This document shows, piece by piece, positions 24,098 to 35,658 of a DNA stretch of 64,000 nt. Position 1 is the stretch's first letter. Each line of letters opens with the position of its first letter. Source of the stretch: Diplonema japonicum (Eukaryota > Protista > Euglenozoa: Diplonemea); the NCBI GenBank assembly GCA_964019335.1, contig OZ025650.1, positions 310,001 through 374,000 on the forward strand, read 5' to 3'. The translations under genes and the position numbers were made by a program. The notes under the pieces were generated by a model that searched no databases, was not told the DNA's origin, and worked only from the letters and a program-made list of their open reading frames with translations.

Positions 24098-24862
24098 TCA
24101 TGCAATTATTTCATTTTTCATCTTTCGCATACAGTAGCTTTGTTTGGTTGACTCGATTGCGATGTCGAAGGGTCTCATCAAGGGGCTGGTGGAAAGAAAC
24201 TCGGGCACGGTGTGCCCCGAGGCAACGAGGGAGAAAAGGACTTGAGAAAGACCTTGTAGAGAGCAGTCGGAAGGATTCGGGGTTGCGTACTCATCGATTA
24301 TGATACAGTTCCCAGGCTGCAGAACACAGTTCTGTGGGGCATTATCGACAATGACAGTGCGGGTCACGTCCCTGCCAAGAAGGCTCAGGTCCTTAAAAGA
24401 CCGCATCCGCCGCCCTGTTGAGGGGTCCGTCACGAGCCCGGAGGGGTCTTCCTTCACCCATTTAGACGTTCTCCATATTACTTGAGAAATAGTAGTACCG
24501 TTCGGGTCGATGGCGCCCCATGCTATTGCACTTTGTAGAAGTGAGCCGCTCGTCCACAGCACCACCTCTGTGTTGTCTAACTTGTTTAATCCGTTTATAA
24601 ACTTCTCGAGAAAAGGTCGCTTGTGAATCACCGGTTTCTCCTTCGCACCCCGCCCCACCGCCAACAGCAGGCACTCGTCGATATCCAGAACTATGGTGTA
24701 CTTTGGTTCACCAGAAACCCGTGGGTTAAGAAGCGGCTTGCCCCTTGCTTCATTATGCCCAGGCCTTCGCTTTATAAGCTGCAAAACATCCCCAGGGTTC
24801 TCGTCTTCCTTTTTGTCTCCTTTGACAGAGCTGTGTGACTGCTTGCTACCGCATTCCCCCAT
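24098..24862 (-). CDS. FCP1/SCP (NIF) family HAD phosphatase, likely N-acylated
   Basis: IVLDIDECL, KRPFLEKF, LWTS and KDLSLLGRD...IVDN motifs; MGECGSK N-terminus. Confidence 0.88.
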   Translation of the reverse strand: MGECGSKQSHSSVKGDKKEDENPGDVLQLIKRRPGHNEARGKPLLNPRVSGEPKYTIVLDIDECLLLAVGRGAKEKPVIHKRPFLEKFINGLNKLDNTEVVLWTSGSLLQSAIAWGAIDPNGTTISQVIWRTSKWVKEDPSGLVTDPSTGRRMRSFKDLSLLGRDVTRTVIVDNAPQNCVLQPGNCIIIDEYATPNPSDCSLQGLSQVLFSLVASGHTVPEFLSTSPLMRPFDIAIESTKQSYCMRKMKNEIIA

Positions 24863-25344
24863 GCTCTTTTTCTTTTTTTTCTTTTTTTTTTTTTTTGTCG
24901 GTTCTCCCCTCCCCCAACCCGCTTTCTTTTTTTTTTCCCCCTTTTCTTTTTTCTCTTGCTGGGTACAGAAAAAAAATTGGGGGGTAAAACACTACAACAA
25001 AAAAAAATACACTAAAAAAAGGGGAGACATGGATGAAAAAAAAATGAGGGCCGAGGGGGGTAAGAGGGGGCGGTGGACTAAAAGAGGAACAAAAAAACTC
25101 CCAGCGTGGGGGAAAAAAAAGTGGAGGGCATAAAAAGAAAGTTTTTTGATTTTTTTAAAACTATTCTCCTCGAAGAATGCTTTTTTTTTTTTATATGGCA
25201 TAAAGTCGTAAAAGCATACCGGCTGTAAAAAAAAAAGCTGGGAGGGGGGAAAAAAAAACCCAAAAAGAATCCCTGGGAGGGTGCGTGGGGAAATGGGGGG
25301 GAAAAACCCAAAGAAAACAAAACCAATTCTTTTTCTCTTCATTT

Positions 25345-26197
25345 CTACGCACCGTACTGAGCCTCCTCGGCATCGAAGGTGGCGAGCTCGTCGCACCAGT
25401 CGGCAAGCATCTCGGTCTCGGCGTTCTGGGGCCACACGGTAGCGACGGCCTTGGAGACGGGCCCGGCGGTGTAGTCGACCTGGATTGGTTTTTTTTTTTT
25501 TTTTTTTTTTTTTTTCTTTCAATTTTCCATCACACACCGAAGCAGAGGCGCTTGCCGCCTTGGTCCAGGCGTTAAGGTACACCCTCATGTCCTCAACAAC
25601 GAGGGAACCGACCTCGAGCCTCCAGCCATCGATGATACCGGGGTCCACAAGGTAGTTGTATTCAAGCTTCCAGCCCTTCTTGTTGGGGAAGTTGTTGGCG
25701 AGGGTTGCCTCAGCAGCCTTCTGGGCAGCGTCGACATTGGCCTTCTGGGAAGCCTGCTCGGGGAGCCCCGCAAGCGTCACGTCCACCACCATAGTCTTCT
25801 TGGCCGCCTTCACGTAAATCCCGAAGATCTTCGTGACCTCCTCAAGGTTGTCCATGGCCGACGAGGTCTGCATCCACTTCAGCACGAACTTCACACCGGG
25901 CTCCACGTTTTCATATTCCTTGTCGGCAACGATGTCAGTCTGCGTTCTCCAGAACGCCTCCTTCTTCGACAGAAGCGCCTGCACGTCGCTCAGGTACTTC
26001 TCCTCCTTCTTCTCCGCAAGTGCCAGCTGGTACATCAGCTTGCTGAACTGCAGATAGTCCCCACCCACAGCCATCTCAGGGTACTCCATGGTGGCGAAGT
26101 CCGACTCGTAAATCTGCAAGAACTGCGGCTTCACCCACGCAGGGGCGGACGCCCAACGGGCCTGCCCCCTCATGGCACTGCTCAACACACGACGCAT
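25345..26197 (-). CDS. OSCP: Mitochondrial ATP synthase OSCP (delta) subunit, euglenozoan type; intron 25480-25537
   Basis: Transit-peptide-like N-terminus; YESDF...YP...FSKLMY and VDPGIIDG motifs. A 58-nt intron removal gives C-terminus VDYT...W..N.ETE...FDAEEAQYGA*, like trypanosomatid OSCP. Confidence 0.8.
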
Positions 26198-26220
26198 TGT
26201 TGGTATCTTAATGCCCTGCA

Positions 26221-26258
26221 GGGTAGAGGGTAGAGGGTAGAGGGTAGAGGGTAGGGTT
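26221..26258 (+). repeat. (GGGTAGA)n G-rich tandem repeat; pyrimidine-rich tract upstream of the OSCP acceptor
   Basis: About 4-5 copies directly visible. Confidence 0.7.
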
Positions 26259-26397
26259 GAGGAACAGCTAAAAAAAAGGAAATAAAGAAGAAAAAGTTAC
26301 TTATAAAATAAAAAAAAACGTTGTCTTCACGCAGCTAAAAAGAGAAGTAAATGCCCTTATCACCTTATGTCACTTTATTATTTTCTTATAATTCTCG

Positions 26398-27333
26398 TTA
26401 GTTTCCGTATTCACAAGAAGCATCGGTACTGCATCTAGGGTGCGGGAGTGTCTTGGGTACTTCCTGCTGGGTAGTGGTGGGAGGGGTGGGGCCGTGCTCT
26501 CTTTGGCAGATTCCTGAAGAGTAGCTGCAGCAGTAGTCACAGGCCACCTTGGGGGTGCCATCTTTGTTGTTGCAGCCGCACGCAGCGGTGCACTGTTCGT
26601 TCCACTTACGGTCGAAGCCCGTCGAGCAGCCATCAACGAAAGGGGTGTACGAAAGCATCGTTGTCTGGAAGGTGGTCCCGTTGCTGACGACAGTGGTGGA
26701 GCAGTTGACACGGTTCCCCTGAGGGTCGTCGATGTGGGCCGACCATTTCATGGGGATGTCCTTCCCACTCCTGTCGGTAGCCTTGAGGTCCCAAGTGTAG
26801 TAGTACGACAGGGGCAGCTTAGACGGGTTGTCTTCAGGGGTCAGGTAGAACTCAGCTTCCGTGGCCCACACACACGAGACGCCGTGTGCTTCACGGTAGA
26901 CCTGGAACGTGCTGCGTGTATTGGGGTAGTTGTAGGACTGGTACCCCATCTCCCAATGGGATGAGCCGTTCGCGTAGATCTCCTTTTCTTGCATATAAAA
27001 GTGGAGCGTGTCGCCCTCCTCGACTGCCTGGTAATCGTCGTGGCAATAGCCGGGGCAGTCGCTAAACCAGTTTGCAAAGCCCCACTTCCCGTTCCCCTGT
27101 CCGTAGTCGGCACCGTAGGTCAGCACAGGTTGCATCAGCCCGCCCTGGCCTTGATACGGGTTCAAGCCCGGCCATAGAAACAACACTTTACCTGGCTCCA
27201 CAGCGGGCTTGATCGGGACGTTCATCTTGCCTTCAAACCTCACCATGTCGATGGTTGCTGTGAACGTTTGCTCGCAATAGGTATTCGCACTGGCAAGTGC
27301 CAAACTGCTCACCAGCACCAACGCTGTCTTCAT
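26398..27333 (-). CDS. Secreted protein with signal peptide (LFLWPGL..LMQPVLTYG; peptidase G1-like beta fold?) and Cys-rich tail
   Basis: MKTALVLVSSLALASA signal peptide at ATG 27333; the upstream part of the tracked ORF is poly-pyrimidine. Confidence 0.7.
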   Translation of the reverse strand: MKTALVLVSSLALASANTYCEQTFTATIDMVRFEGKMNVPIKPAVEPGKVLFLWPGLNPYQGQGGLMQPVLTYGADYGQGNGKWGFANWFSDCPGYCHDDYQAVEEGDTLHFYMQEKEIYANGSSHWEMGYQSYNYPNTRSTFQVYREAHGVSCVWATEAEFYLTPEDNPSKLPLSYYYTWDLKATDRSGKDIPMKWSAHIDDPQGNRVNCSTTVVSNGTTFQTTMLSYTPFVDGCSTGFDRKWNEQCTAACGCNNKDGTPKVACDYCCSYSSGICQREHGPTPPTTTQQEVPKTLPHPRCSTDASCEYGN

Positions 27334-28075
27334 TTCACCCCTTTCCCCTTTCTCTGTGATGGTATGAGGTACATGGAAGAGGGGAAATAGGGGAAACCAA
27401 AAAAAGAAAAAGAAAATAATAAAAACAAGTGTGTGAGGAAAAATGGGGGAAATGAAGTCAATGAAATAAGGGGAAGGGGGGAATAGCAACTAACAGGGGC
27501 AATGAATAATGAAGAGGGGGAGGTTTGTGGATTAAAAAAAGGGGGGGAGGGAGACCAAAATTAAAAGGGAAGCAGAAATCAAATTGTTGTTTGTACAGTT
27601 GGTTGAGCCTGTCGTAGGTATCCAACAAGTTGCCACATTGCCACTACTCTTTTTTTAGCAAAGACATTAGTTGTGAAAGCAGAAAGAAAGAAAGAAAAGA
27701 AGAAAGTAATGTCGCTGACGAATGAGTGTTTAGTTTACATTTCCTCCACATCGCTGTGTCATTGGTCTCTACAGCACCCAGCACCCATCATCGAGCCAAA
27801 CTCAGCAAAAAAAAAAAGTGGGGTGAATGGGGAAGGAATGACAGGGCTGGGAGGGGGTGGGAAAAAAAGATTGCAGACCCCCTTCGTATGAATGTCAAAT
27901 GGGGGAAGAAACAGATTTTTTTTTAATGTTTTAAAAAAAAAGAAATGGCGAAGCGCCTTTTTTTTTTTTTTTTTTTTCTTTTTATCCTCGTCTTCAGCTT
28001 TTGCACAATATAATAATTTCAACACATCATCCCTCCCCCCCCCCCCCTTTTTTTTCTTCTCTTCTTCTTGTGCGT

Positions 28076-28109
<34 letters not shown>

Positions 28110-28396
28110 CCATTGAGGAAATCGGAGCTTTAAGGAGGTCTCTTTTTTCTTTTTTTTTTTAAACAAGAGAGAAGAAGAGTAGATAAACAAGATTGAACTA
28201 TGTTAAGGAGCCTGTTGTGGTATACTTTCCCTTGTTCCCTTGTTAGCTGTTGAGCTTCACTTTGACATGTATACGTTGTGCTGAGAAAGGATGTATTTTC
28301 GAAATATTTTTTTTGCATTTTCCCCCCCCATCGATGACAGGGGTTTTAACTATTTCTTTCTAAAAAAGAAAATAAAAAGGACAAAATTAAATTGCC

Positions 28397-28427
<31 letters not shown>

Positions 28428-29746
28428 AATCCCTAAATCTAAAAGAAGAAACGGGGGATGGGGAGGGGGTGGATTAAAAACAAAAACAAAAAAAAACCCC
28501 CCCTTTCTTTCTCCATTCGTCTTTATATGGTTACCAGTTTGAAGAGAAAAAAAAAAAAAGAAAAGACGAAGGGGGAAAAAAAAAAGAAGAAAGAAACCTC
28601 CCAATTCTGTCCTGACTGAATGACTTCTGGATTCGCCAATTTTTTTAAGTTTCAGCCTTGCGAATGTACTCCCCCCTGAACTGGTTGAGACTACTGCAAA
28701 CTTCTAATGATTCTTCGGGAAAAAAAAAAAGAAATCCATAACTATCGCGGTAGACATAGTAAAGAGGTTTACAGCATTCATTTTATTTCCCCTTCTTTTT
28801 CTTCATTTTCTTTTTTTTAAAAACTCGTTTCTTTCTTTCTTTTTCTATTGTCGCCAAGAGGTGGAGGGGGGAAGAAGAGAAAAAAAGTAGGGAGAAAGAG
28901 AGGGAAGAAGACCGCAACCACGCCACACAGGGCAGTGCGAGATTTGACCCACCCCCCCTGCATCACAAGACAGAAGGCAAGTATGAAGGGGCTGGGGAGG
29001 AGGAGTGGGCAGAGAGGTAGTAAAAGAATAATCAATGTTTTTTTTTTTTTTGTTTTGTTTGGTTTTCTTCCTTTTTTTTTTGTCCTTCCTTCTTTCTTAC
29101 TTTTTTCCGATCTTTTTTCCTTCCCTTTTTTTCTCGTTTTTAAAAAAGAATACCTCATTGATAGCGCGATTTGAAAAAAAGGGGGGGGGGGAAGGGGAAT
29201 GGGATGAGGTGGAGAAACGTAACTGAATAAGGGTGTGCGTGTTGGAAAAAAAAAAAAGAAAAAAAAAAACCAAATATCGAACACATAAAATAAAAAAATA
29301 AACGTTGTTGTTTGTTCTTTTCCTTTCCCCCCCCCCTTTTTTTTTCTTCTTTAAAAAATATCCCCCTGAACTTATAGGCGAATGGGATTTGTTAAAAACA
29401 GATAAAAAAAAAAAGAAGAAGAAAAACGCCTTACTCACCACACATGTCGTGAGCAGTCGTCCCTATCTCACCTATCCCCTCATTTTCTTTTTTTTTTTTT
29501 TTTTTTTTTTGTAAAAAACAAAAAAAGGAAAAAAAAAAAAAGTTGGCAATAAAAGGAAGGGAAGAGGTGTGTGAGAGTGTTGTGTGTTTGGGACCAATCG
29601 CAAGAAGAACTCATATTATTGCACACGATCCATGCGAACAGGCGAGAGAACCACAAAAAAAAAAAAAAAAAAAAAGGAATTTTATTTATTTATTTATTTA
29701 TTTATTATTGGTTTCTTTTTTTTTCTTTTTTTTTTTTCTTTAAATC

Positions 29747-31195
29747 TCACCAATTCCCAGGAGCAGGCGATGGTGTGTCAGCCCTCGACACCGACATGCT
29801 GCACTCCACATCGTCAGTGATATCATCATCGTCTTCGTCCTCCGCACGGGAAGAGGCTGAGCGAAGTATCATGAACACAACCCAAGCAAACGGGGGGATG
29901 ATTCCAATAAACCAAAACAAATCCGGCTTCGTGTGATGGTAGTGGAGCAACGCTAAAACAGAGATGAAGCTAATACCAACCGCAACAAGGAAGGTCAACA
30001 CCGACATAAAGACGGAAGTTCGGGTACGGATCAACGGGGTCTGCTCGCCATCCTCTTCACAGTCTGCACACTCCTCCTGCATGGTAGAGAGCGAGCTTTC
30101 TGTGCACACCAACGGGCTTTCCATAAACGATGACGACGACGCCACTGGAATGGGGACATCGAAGTTCTCAACGTCATCCTTGTGCAGGGCTTGCATACCA
30201 TCGACATCGACTGTCTCGCACGCTGACCTGACGTACTCCCACTCGCACAGGTCCGCAGCTGTCGGTCTCTCATCGGGGTCGTTGGCAGTTGTCTTGTACA
30301 CGAACTCCTTCAAACTCTCCGGAGCATCTGCTAGCAGCACCTGACGATCGTTTGCCCAGGTGGTGTCCTTAATCGGATGAACGCCTTTGTTGTAAACCCA
30401 ACCCAAAACAAGGCCCATTGAGTACACATCAGAAGGGTACGAATACTCCATATTAGAGATCCTTTCAGGCGCCATCCAGTGCGAGGCACCAATCTCAGAA
30501 TTCGCCATCGAGTTCCCAATGTTCGTCAAACGAGAAATCCCGAAGTCCGCAAGCTTAACACGACCATAACGGCCTATGAGGATGTTGGCAGGGCGCACAT
30601 CGCGGTGGACGATGTGCCGTGCTCGGAGGAACTTCAACCCTTCGGAGAGAGACTTCGCTATGGCGCTTAAGTCGCCAAATGACATTAGCTTCGAATAAGA
30701 ATCGTCAAAGATGCCCTTCAGGGAGCCGTATGCCATGTACTCCATTAGAAGGCATACCTTTCCTTGCGACTCGCTTCGGTAGGCAGCAAGCGTTGAGACG
30801 AGGTACTCACAGTCCTTGCAGCGCAGTCTTGCCAGCTCCTTCTTGATAGTTCCCTTCGTGGTTTCCGTCGAAAGGTCGATCGACTTCAAAGCGTAGATCT
30901 TGTCGCACGATTTGTCCCTTACTCTGCGGACCTCTCCGAAGCTTCCTTTCCCGATCTTGACACCGTGCTCCAGTTGTGCGAACTGAACGGACGACCTTGC
31001 TGGTCTCCTGTCGCTGTTGTTTTGCTGCCTCTCGTTCTTGTCTCTCCCAACTGTGTGCTCACCCCTGAACTTAATCATCCCATCCTCTCCCATCTCTGCT
31101 GCTACATGGTCGTCCTTCTTCTCCCCTTCACACCGTGCGACAGGGTGCAACGGCTGCCGTCGTACTCCACTTAAATCGAGCTGCAGCGGCGGCAT
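29747..31195 (-). CDS. STE7/MAP2K-like Ser/Thr kinase with two C-terminal transmembrane helices
   Basis: GKGSFG, YALK, HRDVRPANIL, DFG, WMAPERI and SDVYSMG motifs; two hydrophobic stretches near the C-terminus. Confidence 0.88.
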   Translation of the reverse strand: MPPLQLDLSGVRRQPLHPVARCEGEKKDDHVAAEMGEDGMIKFRGEHTVGRDKNERQQNNSDRRPARSSVQFAQLEHGVKIGKGSFGEVRRVRDKSCDKIYALKSIDLSTETTKGTIKKELARLRCKDCEYLVSTLAAYRSESQGKVCLLMEYMAYGSLKGIFDDSYSKLMSFGDLSAIAKSLSEGLKFLRARHIVHRDVRPANILIGRYGRVKLADFGISRLTNIGNSMANSEIGASHWMAPERISNMEYSYPSDVYSMGLVLGWVYNKGVHPIKDTTWANDRQVLLADAPESLKEFVYKTTANDPDERPTAADLCEWEYVRSACETVDVDGMQALHKDDVENFDVPIPVASSSSFMESPLVCTESSLSTMQEECADCEEDGEQTPLIRTRTSVFMSVLTFLVAVGISFISVLALLHYHHTKPDLFWFIGIIPPFAWVVFMILRSASSRAEDEDDDDITDDVECSMSVSRADTPSPAPGNW

Positions 31196-31473
31196 ATTAG
31201 TATACCTCCCCCTGTTGCAGGTGGTTTTTTTTGTTTTTTTATATTACTTTTTTGACTTGATAAACAATACTAACAATACTAACAATGTTGTTTTGGGGGA
31301 TGGTTTCGGGTTTTGCGGGTAAGAAAAGAAAAAAAAAAAAGGAAACACAGGCAAAAAGAAGAGAGAAGAAGAAAAAAAAGATAACATAATACATTGGTAC
31401 AATATACTTTCCCCCCTTGAGAGGAAATCAAAACAAAAAAGGGAGGGGATTTACAAGAGGTAGTGGATGTGGG

Positions 31474-34444
31474 CTAGTACTCATCGTCTATGTGCTCGGG
31501 TGAAGCGTCCACCTTTAGATGTTTTTGCCCCTCCCCCGTTTCATTCACATACCCGTGTGATGAAGGTCCAAGACACGCTGTTTCGGTGGGCAGCGTAGAG
31601 AGAAGAGAACAGAGCCGCCCCATACTCAGGGAGGACAGGATCGGGACAGTCGTCACCTGCAACATGTGAATAATAACACCTCTACACACCGTAGGACGCT
31701 TCAAAGGACGCTGCCAGCTCGTCCATGCACTCATCAGGACCAACCAAAATGCACAGCAGTGACGACGGTGCCCCTGAGACAGCGGGCTGCGCAGCCATGT
31801 TGCCAAGCAGTTTCAAGACGACAGAAGGGTCGCTGTTCGAGATGCCCTGCAAGGTGTGATGAAGGTGATGATTGCATACTTGGAAAAGGGTAGGCGCGTC
31901 TGTGTCCAGCACCTCGTGGTATATGGCGCTGGTGTCGGTTGCCACGCTGCCCCATGCGTGGAAGAGCTGCGTCTTGTCATACGACTGCTTGAACTTCGCA
32001 TCGAATGCGTGCGCACACGCCCTTGTGATTCGCACTTCCTCCTCTTCCAACCCCGTGGCATCCTCGTCACCCATCGACGGCACCTTCACCAGCAACACGT
32101 CCAGCGGCACTGTCCCCTCGAACCCATCTGCCACACCCGTCTCGGACGTCGCTGCCGACCCCGGTCCCACCTTGCTCGATCGCCTTTTCGAGCTCGTGAT
32201 GGACCCCTCCCGCTGGGGGGGTGGTTGGTGCATCCCACTGGTCTTCTTTACCGACGACACTGTTGCGGGCCTTGTCGGCTTCTTCTTTGGTGTCTTGTTG
32301 ATGTGCCCCGACCCGATGCCAGATGCACCCCCCTGTTGCCCAGGACCTACCCTGATAGGTCCCATTGTCGTACCACCTTTGCTCCCACTCCCGCCTGTGG
32401 TCATCATCAACGGTCTTGGCGGGTTTCCGTACTTCGGGGACACAGGCGGCCGCTCTGTTGGCGGCGGTGTGCGCATCATGGCGGGCATTGGCTGTGGCAG
32501 CTTGGACCTAGGAGGCGACCCAGGCCCTAGCATCGGATAGGCACCTGTGTCCGCTAGCCTTACACGAGTTCGGTATGTCGGAGGTGCGTCGGGAGGAGAG
32601 CAGTCTTCGAGGTATAAATACGGCTCCGGGGCCTGTTCAGAATCGGGTGAGTAAGCCTTAGCCCTCTCGATGTTCAGCCTGATTTCAATGCACTTCCTGA
32701 ATACGTTCATCCACTCCGCGCGCTCAGAACTTGAAGTGCAACAGAAGCGCATCCTCTGCCTGCTGTAGGTCTCGATCATGAAGCCGAAAGACTCGTACTT
32801 CCCAGTAGGTGGGTGATTACCTTGGGTAGCATCCTTGAAGGACTCCAGTTCTACTTTTGCAATAGACTCCACGTTAATGATGTTTTGGAAGGGCCCTTGG
32901 TCGTTGGTGCTGTACTTCAGAACCCCGTCTCGCAAAACGAAGAAACGTCTCTGCCACGAGACGAACATCCCCGAGGACCTGAACATCCAACCCCAATACG
33001 AAGGGAACACCGATGTGTGCTTCGTTCCGGGGTGCAGTGCAATAGGGTCGAACTCATCCTCACCACTGCCCATCAGCTGCGGTGCGTACCTTGTCAGCAT
33101 GAAGGCCATAAGTTCTTGCAGCTGCGACAGCATGATCTGGTACCTGCCAGCATCTTGCTGCGTCATGATAAGCTCTTCGAGGTTGTAGTTGTCGGTCCTG
33201 GAGGCCATCCTGTTAAGGTCAGGCAACCCGCCCCTCAAATCACTCTCAAGCTCTGTTCTCTCCCGTTCATGCTCGCTTGTCGCCTCATCCAAGAGCCTTC
33301 GGTATTCTTCTGAGCATGCCTGCTCCTTCCGCAAAGCCTCTTCAAGCCTTTCCGTTACGTCTTTCAATTCCTCCTGATGACGCAGTGTCTCCGCTTCCAG
33401 CTCCGCAGTGTGCTCGTCCCTCATCTCTTGCAATTCGGTGCTCCGTTCGCCATTGCGTGTTGCTCCCTCCTCACCCATTTTCTCGACAGCGCTCTCACCA
33501 GCATCCACAGCACAACCAAAGAGAACCAAGTCCGTCTCCTCGTACACTTCAATCCTCTGTTCAAGCTCTTCGATCTGTAGCAGCAGTAAATCACTCATGC
33601 TCTCCGAAGTTTCCTTCTCTTCCCGCCTCTTGCTTTCCGCCTCGGCCATAGTCTCAGACTGTCTTGCTGCGGCCTCTTGTATCTCTTCCCTTGCCTCTCG
33701 TCGAATGTCATCTTGCTTTTTCAGGGCCTCTTCGAGGGCCTCTTTGTGCTGTTCAGCCATTGTACCCATCCTGTCTTCATACTCCCCGATAGTAGCATCC
33801 AGGGCCTCCTTCCCTTCTGTGTTGATCATCTCCCCACGGTTCAGGAGCATTTCCTTCTCGCCGTGTGCGCCGTTCAGCTGCTCCATGAGGGTCTCCTCCG
33901 TCGCGCATCGCTCGGCACGCTCTTCGGTAAGGACGTCGTAGATGCGTTCAAGCTGCATCTGTGCGTTGATCTTCTCCATCTTGCACCGTGCTTCCTGTTC
34001 CTCCATCAAGACATCCTTCCTTGACGATGTCTCTAGCTGCTGTGCGATCACAATGCCTGCCCTGTCAAGCTGCATCCTAAGTTCGCGCATCGACCCGTCG
34101 TTGTGCGATGTAACCTCGCGCGGTCCAGAAAGACGTCCCCTCAGCTTTTCCAAGTTTGTCGTTTCATGCCACCTGCCAGGATAGCTTGCTGCAGGGTCTC
34201 CTGCCAATTCGATCCCATGCTGCAAGCGTGCAATCACAGAGTTCAGCACCATCCTTTCATCGTCCCCCATTGTGTGCACGGACTCCTTCCCAGGTGACAC
34301 GCTTGCGTCCCTTCCTGGCTCCTGTGCAGGCACCGAAGTCCGTCCCTGGGACGGCTGTCCCGGTGACCCCATCCATCGATCAAAGCTCCCTTCAGGCGAG
34401 CCGAAATGCTGTCTAGGGGGCATGCCCCTCGATCCACTTCGCAT
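31474..34444 (-). CDS. Coiled-coil + PH-domain protein; introns 31657-31689 and 31513-31552
   Basis: PH motif WGWMFRSSGMFVSWQRRFFVL...ERAEWMNVF. Likely ATG 34444, because the upstream ORF part overlaps FKBP. Two GT-AG introns extend the frame to ...IDDEY* at 31474. Confidence 0.75.
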
Positions 34445-34566
34445 TTTTGAGGACCCTCCCTGATCCTGTGTAATGACACATGTTATGCTGAGAATAAACA
34501 GGAAACAAGGAAGAAACAAGTGGGTAGAAAAATAACAGTTCAAACAAAAGCCAACTGTGGAAACAG

Positions 34567-35040
34567 CTACCACATCAAATTGTTTATTGCGTAGATTTCC
34601 ACCTCCCAGGCGAGGATGTAGCCGGCTGCAAGGCGTTCCACCTGACGGGGGTCGAAGACGAGAGAGGGGGGGAGGATTATGTTGCGAATCTCGCCGACGC
34701 AAGCACCAAGGAGGCCTTCCTCGAGCAGACCGTTAGTGCTGCTGGTCTTGAGAGCTGCAAGGTTCATACCAGGGAACGCTGCCTGAAGGCTGCCTATTCG
34801 AATTTCCTTCACAATTGGGGTATATCGCCTAGTGGGTGCTTGCGCCTGGACATGTGCCTTTCCTGCCTTGTAGCGCGTGCCCACGTAACCTAACCGTACT
34901 ACATCTCCAACCGAAACGTGTGAACTGCCCCCAGTGCAGTTCGCTGGGATGTACACTTGGTCCACTGTCAGGTAATTGGGCACCTCATAAATTACACCTT
35001 GTACCACTGCACTCCATATTATGTACAAGATGGTGTACAT
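34567..35040 (-). CDS. FKBP-type peptidyl-prolyl isomerase-like protein with signal peptide (divergent)
   Basis: GDVVRLGYVGT, EEGLLGACVGEIRNIILPPSL and LAWEVEI motifs; hydrophobic N-terminus. Confidence 0.8.
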   Translation of the reverse strand: MYTILYIIWSAVVQGVIYEVPNYLTVDQVYIPANCTGGSSHVSVGDVVRLGYVGTRYKAGKAHVQAQAPTRRYTPIVKEIRIGSLQAAFPGMNLAALKTSSTNGLLEEGLLGACVGEIRNIILPPSLVFDPRQVERLAAGYILAWEVEIYAINNLMW

Positions 35041-35097
35041 ACCTGTGTTTGTTTGAAAATCCGTATGAAAGGTGGAAAAGAAGGTAAAAAGGTCATG

Positions 35098-35188
35098 TCA
35101 GCGGTGTCCTAAGGGTAATTAAGTTACCATTTCTCGGGCATCGCACCTTGTGCTCCGACTGGGGCGGCATCATAGTGATTGTCATCAT
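35098..35188 (-). ncRNA. C/D snoRNA family CD1 (U31/snR67-like D' guide)
   Basis: ATGATGA...TGCCGCCCCAGT|CGGA...CCTTAGGACACCG|CTGA, antisense to LSU motifs ACUGGGGCGGCA and GGUGUCCUAAGG. Other copies start at 35955, 37168, 39959, 40809, 41238, 47574, 49910, 51469, 53498, 53929, 56187, 57655 (truncated), 58161, 62656. Confidence 0.9.
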
Positions 35189-35216
35189 CTAAAGAAAAGG
35201 GCGAAAAAGGATATGG

Positions 35217-35291
35217 TCAGACGAAACCCGAAAGTTAACTTCACTGCAAATGCATCAGGTCTTGAAACACATTGGAAAGTAATGTCATCAT
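35217..35291 (-). ncRNA. C/D snoRNA family CD2 (double guide)
   Basis: ATGATGA..GTGTTTCAAGAC|CTGA..CTTTCGGGTTTCGT|CTGA, antisense to LSU GUCUUGAAACAC and (G)AACCCGAAAG. Copies at 40928, 47693, 50032, 53619; variant at 56351. Confidence 0.9.
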
Positions 35292-35401
35292 TTAAAGGGG
35301 GCTGGAAAAAAAGGGGGGGGCATCATCTACCCGCAAAGGGAGTAGGGGGGGATAAAGCTGGAAAAGTTATGCTATAAGGTACGTTTTCTTTGAACTGTGT
35401 T

Positions 35402-35472
35402 AGTTCTTGCCCGAGTTCATTTACCTGCAGTGGCGATGTCGAAGACTGCGCCCGAGGCTGATTACCAAGGGC
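35402..35472 (-). ncRNA. Single-hairpin AGA-box H/ACA-like RNA family HA1
   Basis: GCCC...GGGC-A-AGA-NNN with inner GCCT/AGGT and GCAGT/ACTGC stems. Copies at 41382, 50346, 51645, 56713, 57750, 62832. Confidence 0.7.
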
Positions 35473-35533
35473 TGGCTTCTCTTAACAATGGGTTGGGAAC
35501 GTGAACTAACTGGATGCATTGCATCATGCCAAG

Positions 35534-35602
35534 CACTCTTGGACAGGAAATGATGAGCTTGAGGTAGGTAGCGAGGCGCAGTCACAGCTCGAGGCACTGT
35601 CC
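35534..35602 (-). ncRNA. Single-hairpin AGA-box H/ACA-like RNA family HA2
   Basis: GGACAG-TGCCTC-GAGC...GCTC-ATCATT..CTGTCC-A-AGA-GTG. The pocket matches LSU AAUGAU-UA-GAGG(CA), 15 nt from AGA. Copies at 36586, 39804, 51777, 57882; degenerate or partial near 40270, 56476, 62960. Confidence 0.85.
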
Positions 35603-35658
35603 TGTGTTCATCTGAGCCGGTCTTTTCTCCCTCTTCTTCACCCACAAGAGCTCAGTGG

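Noticed and set aside
26221-26258. Interstitial telomeric repeat
   Set aside because: The unit is GGGTAGA, not TTAGGG; adequately explained as the pyrimidine-rich tract before the OSCP acceptor.
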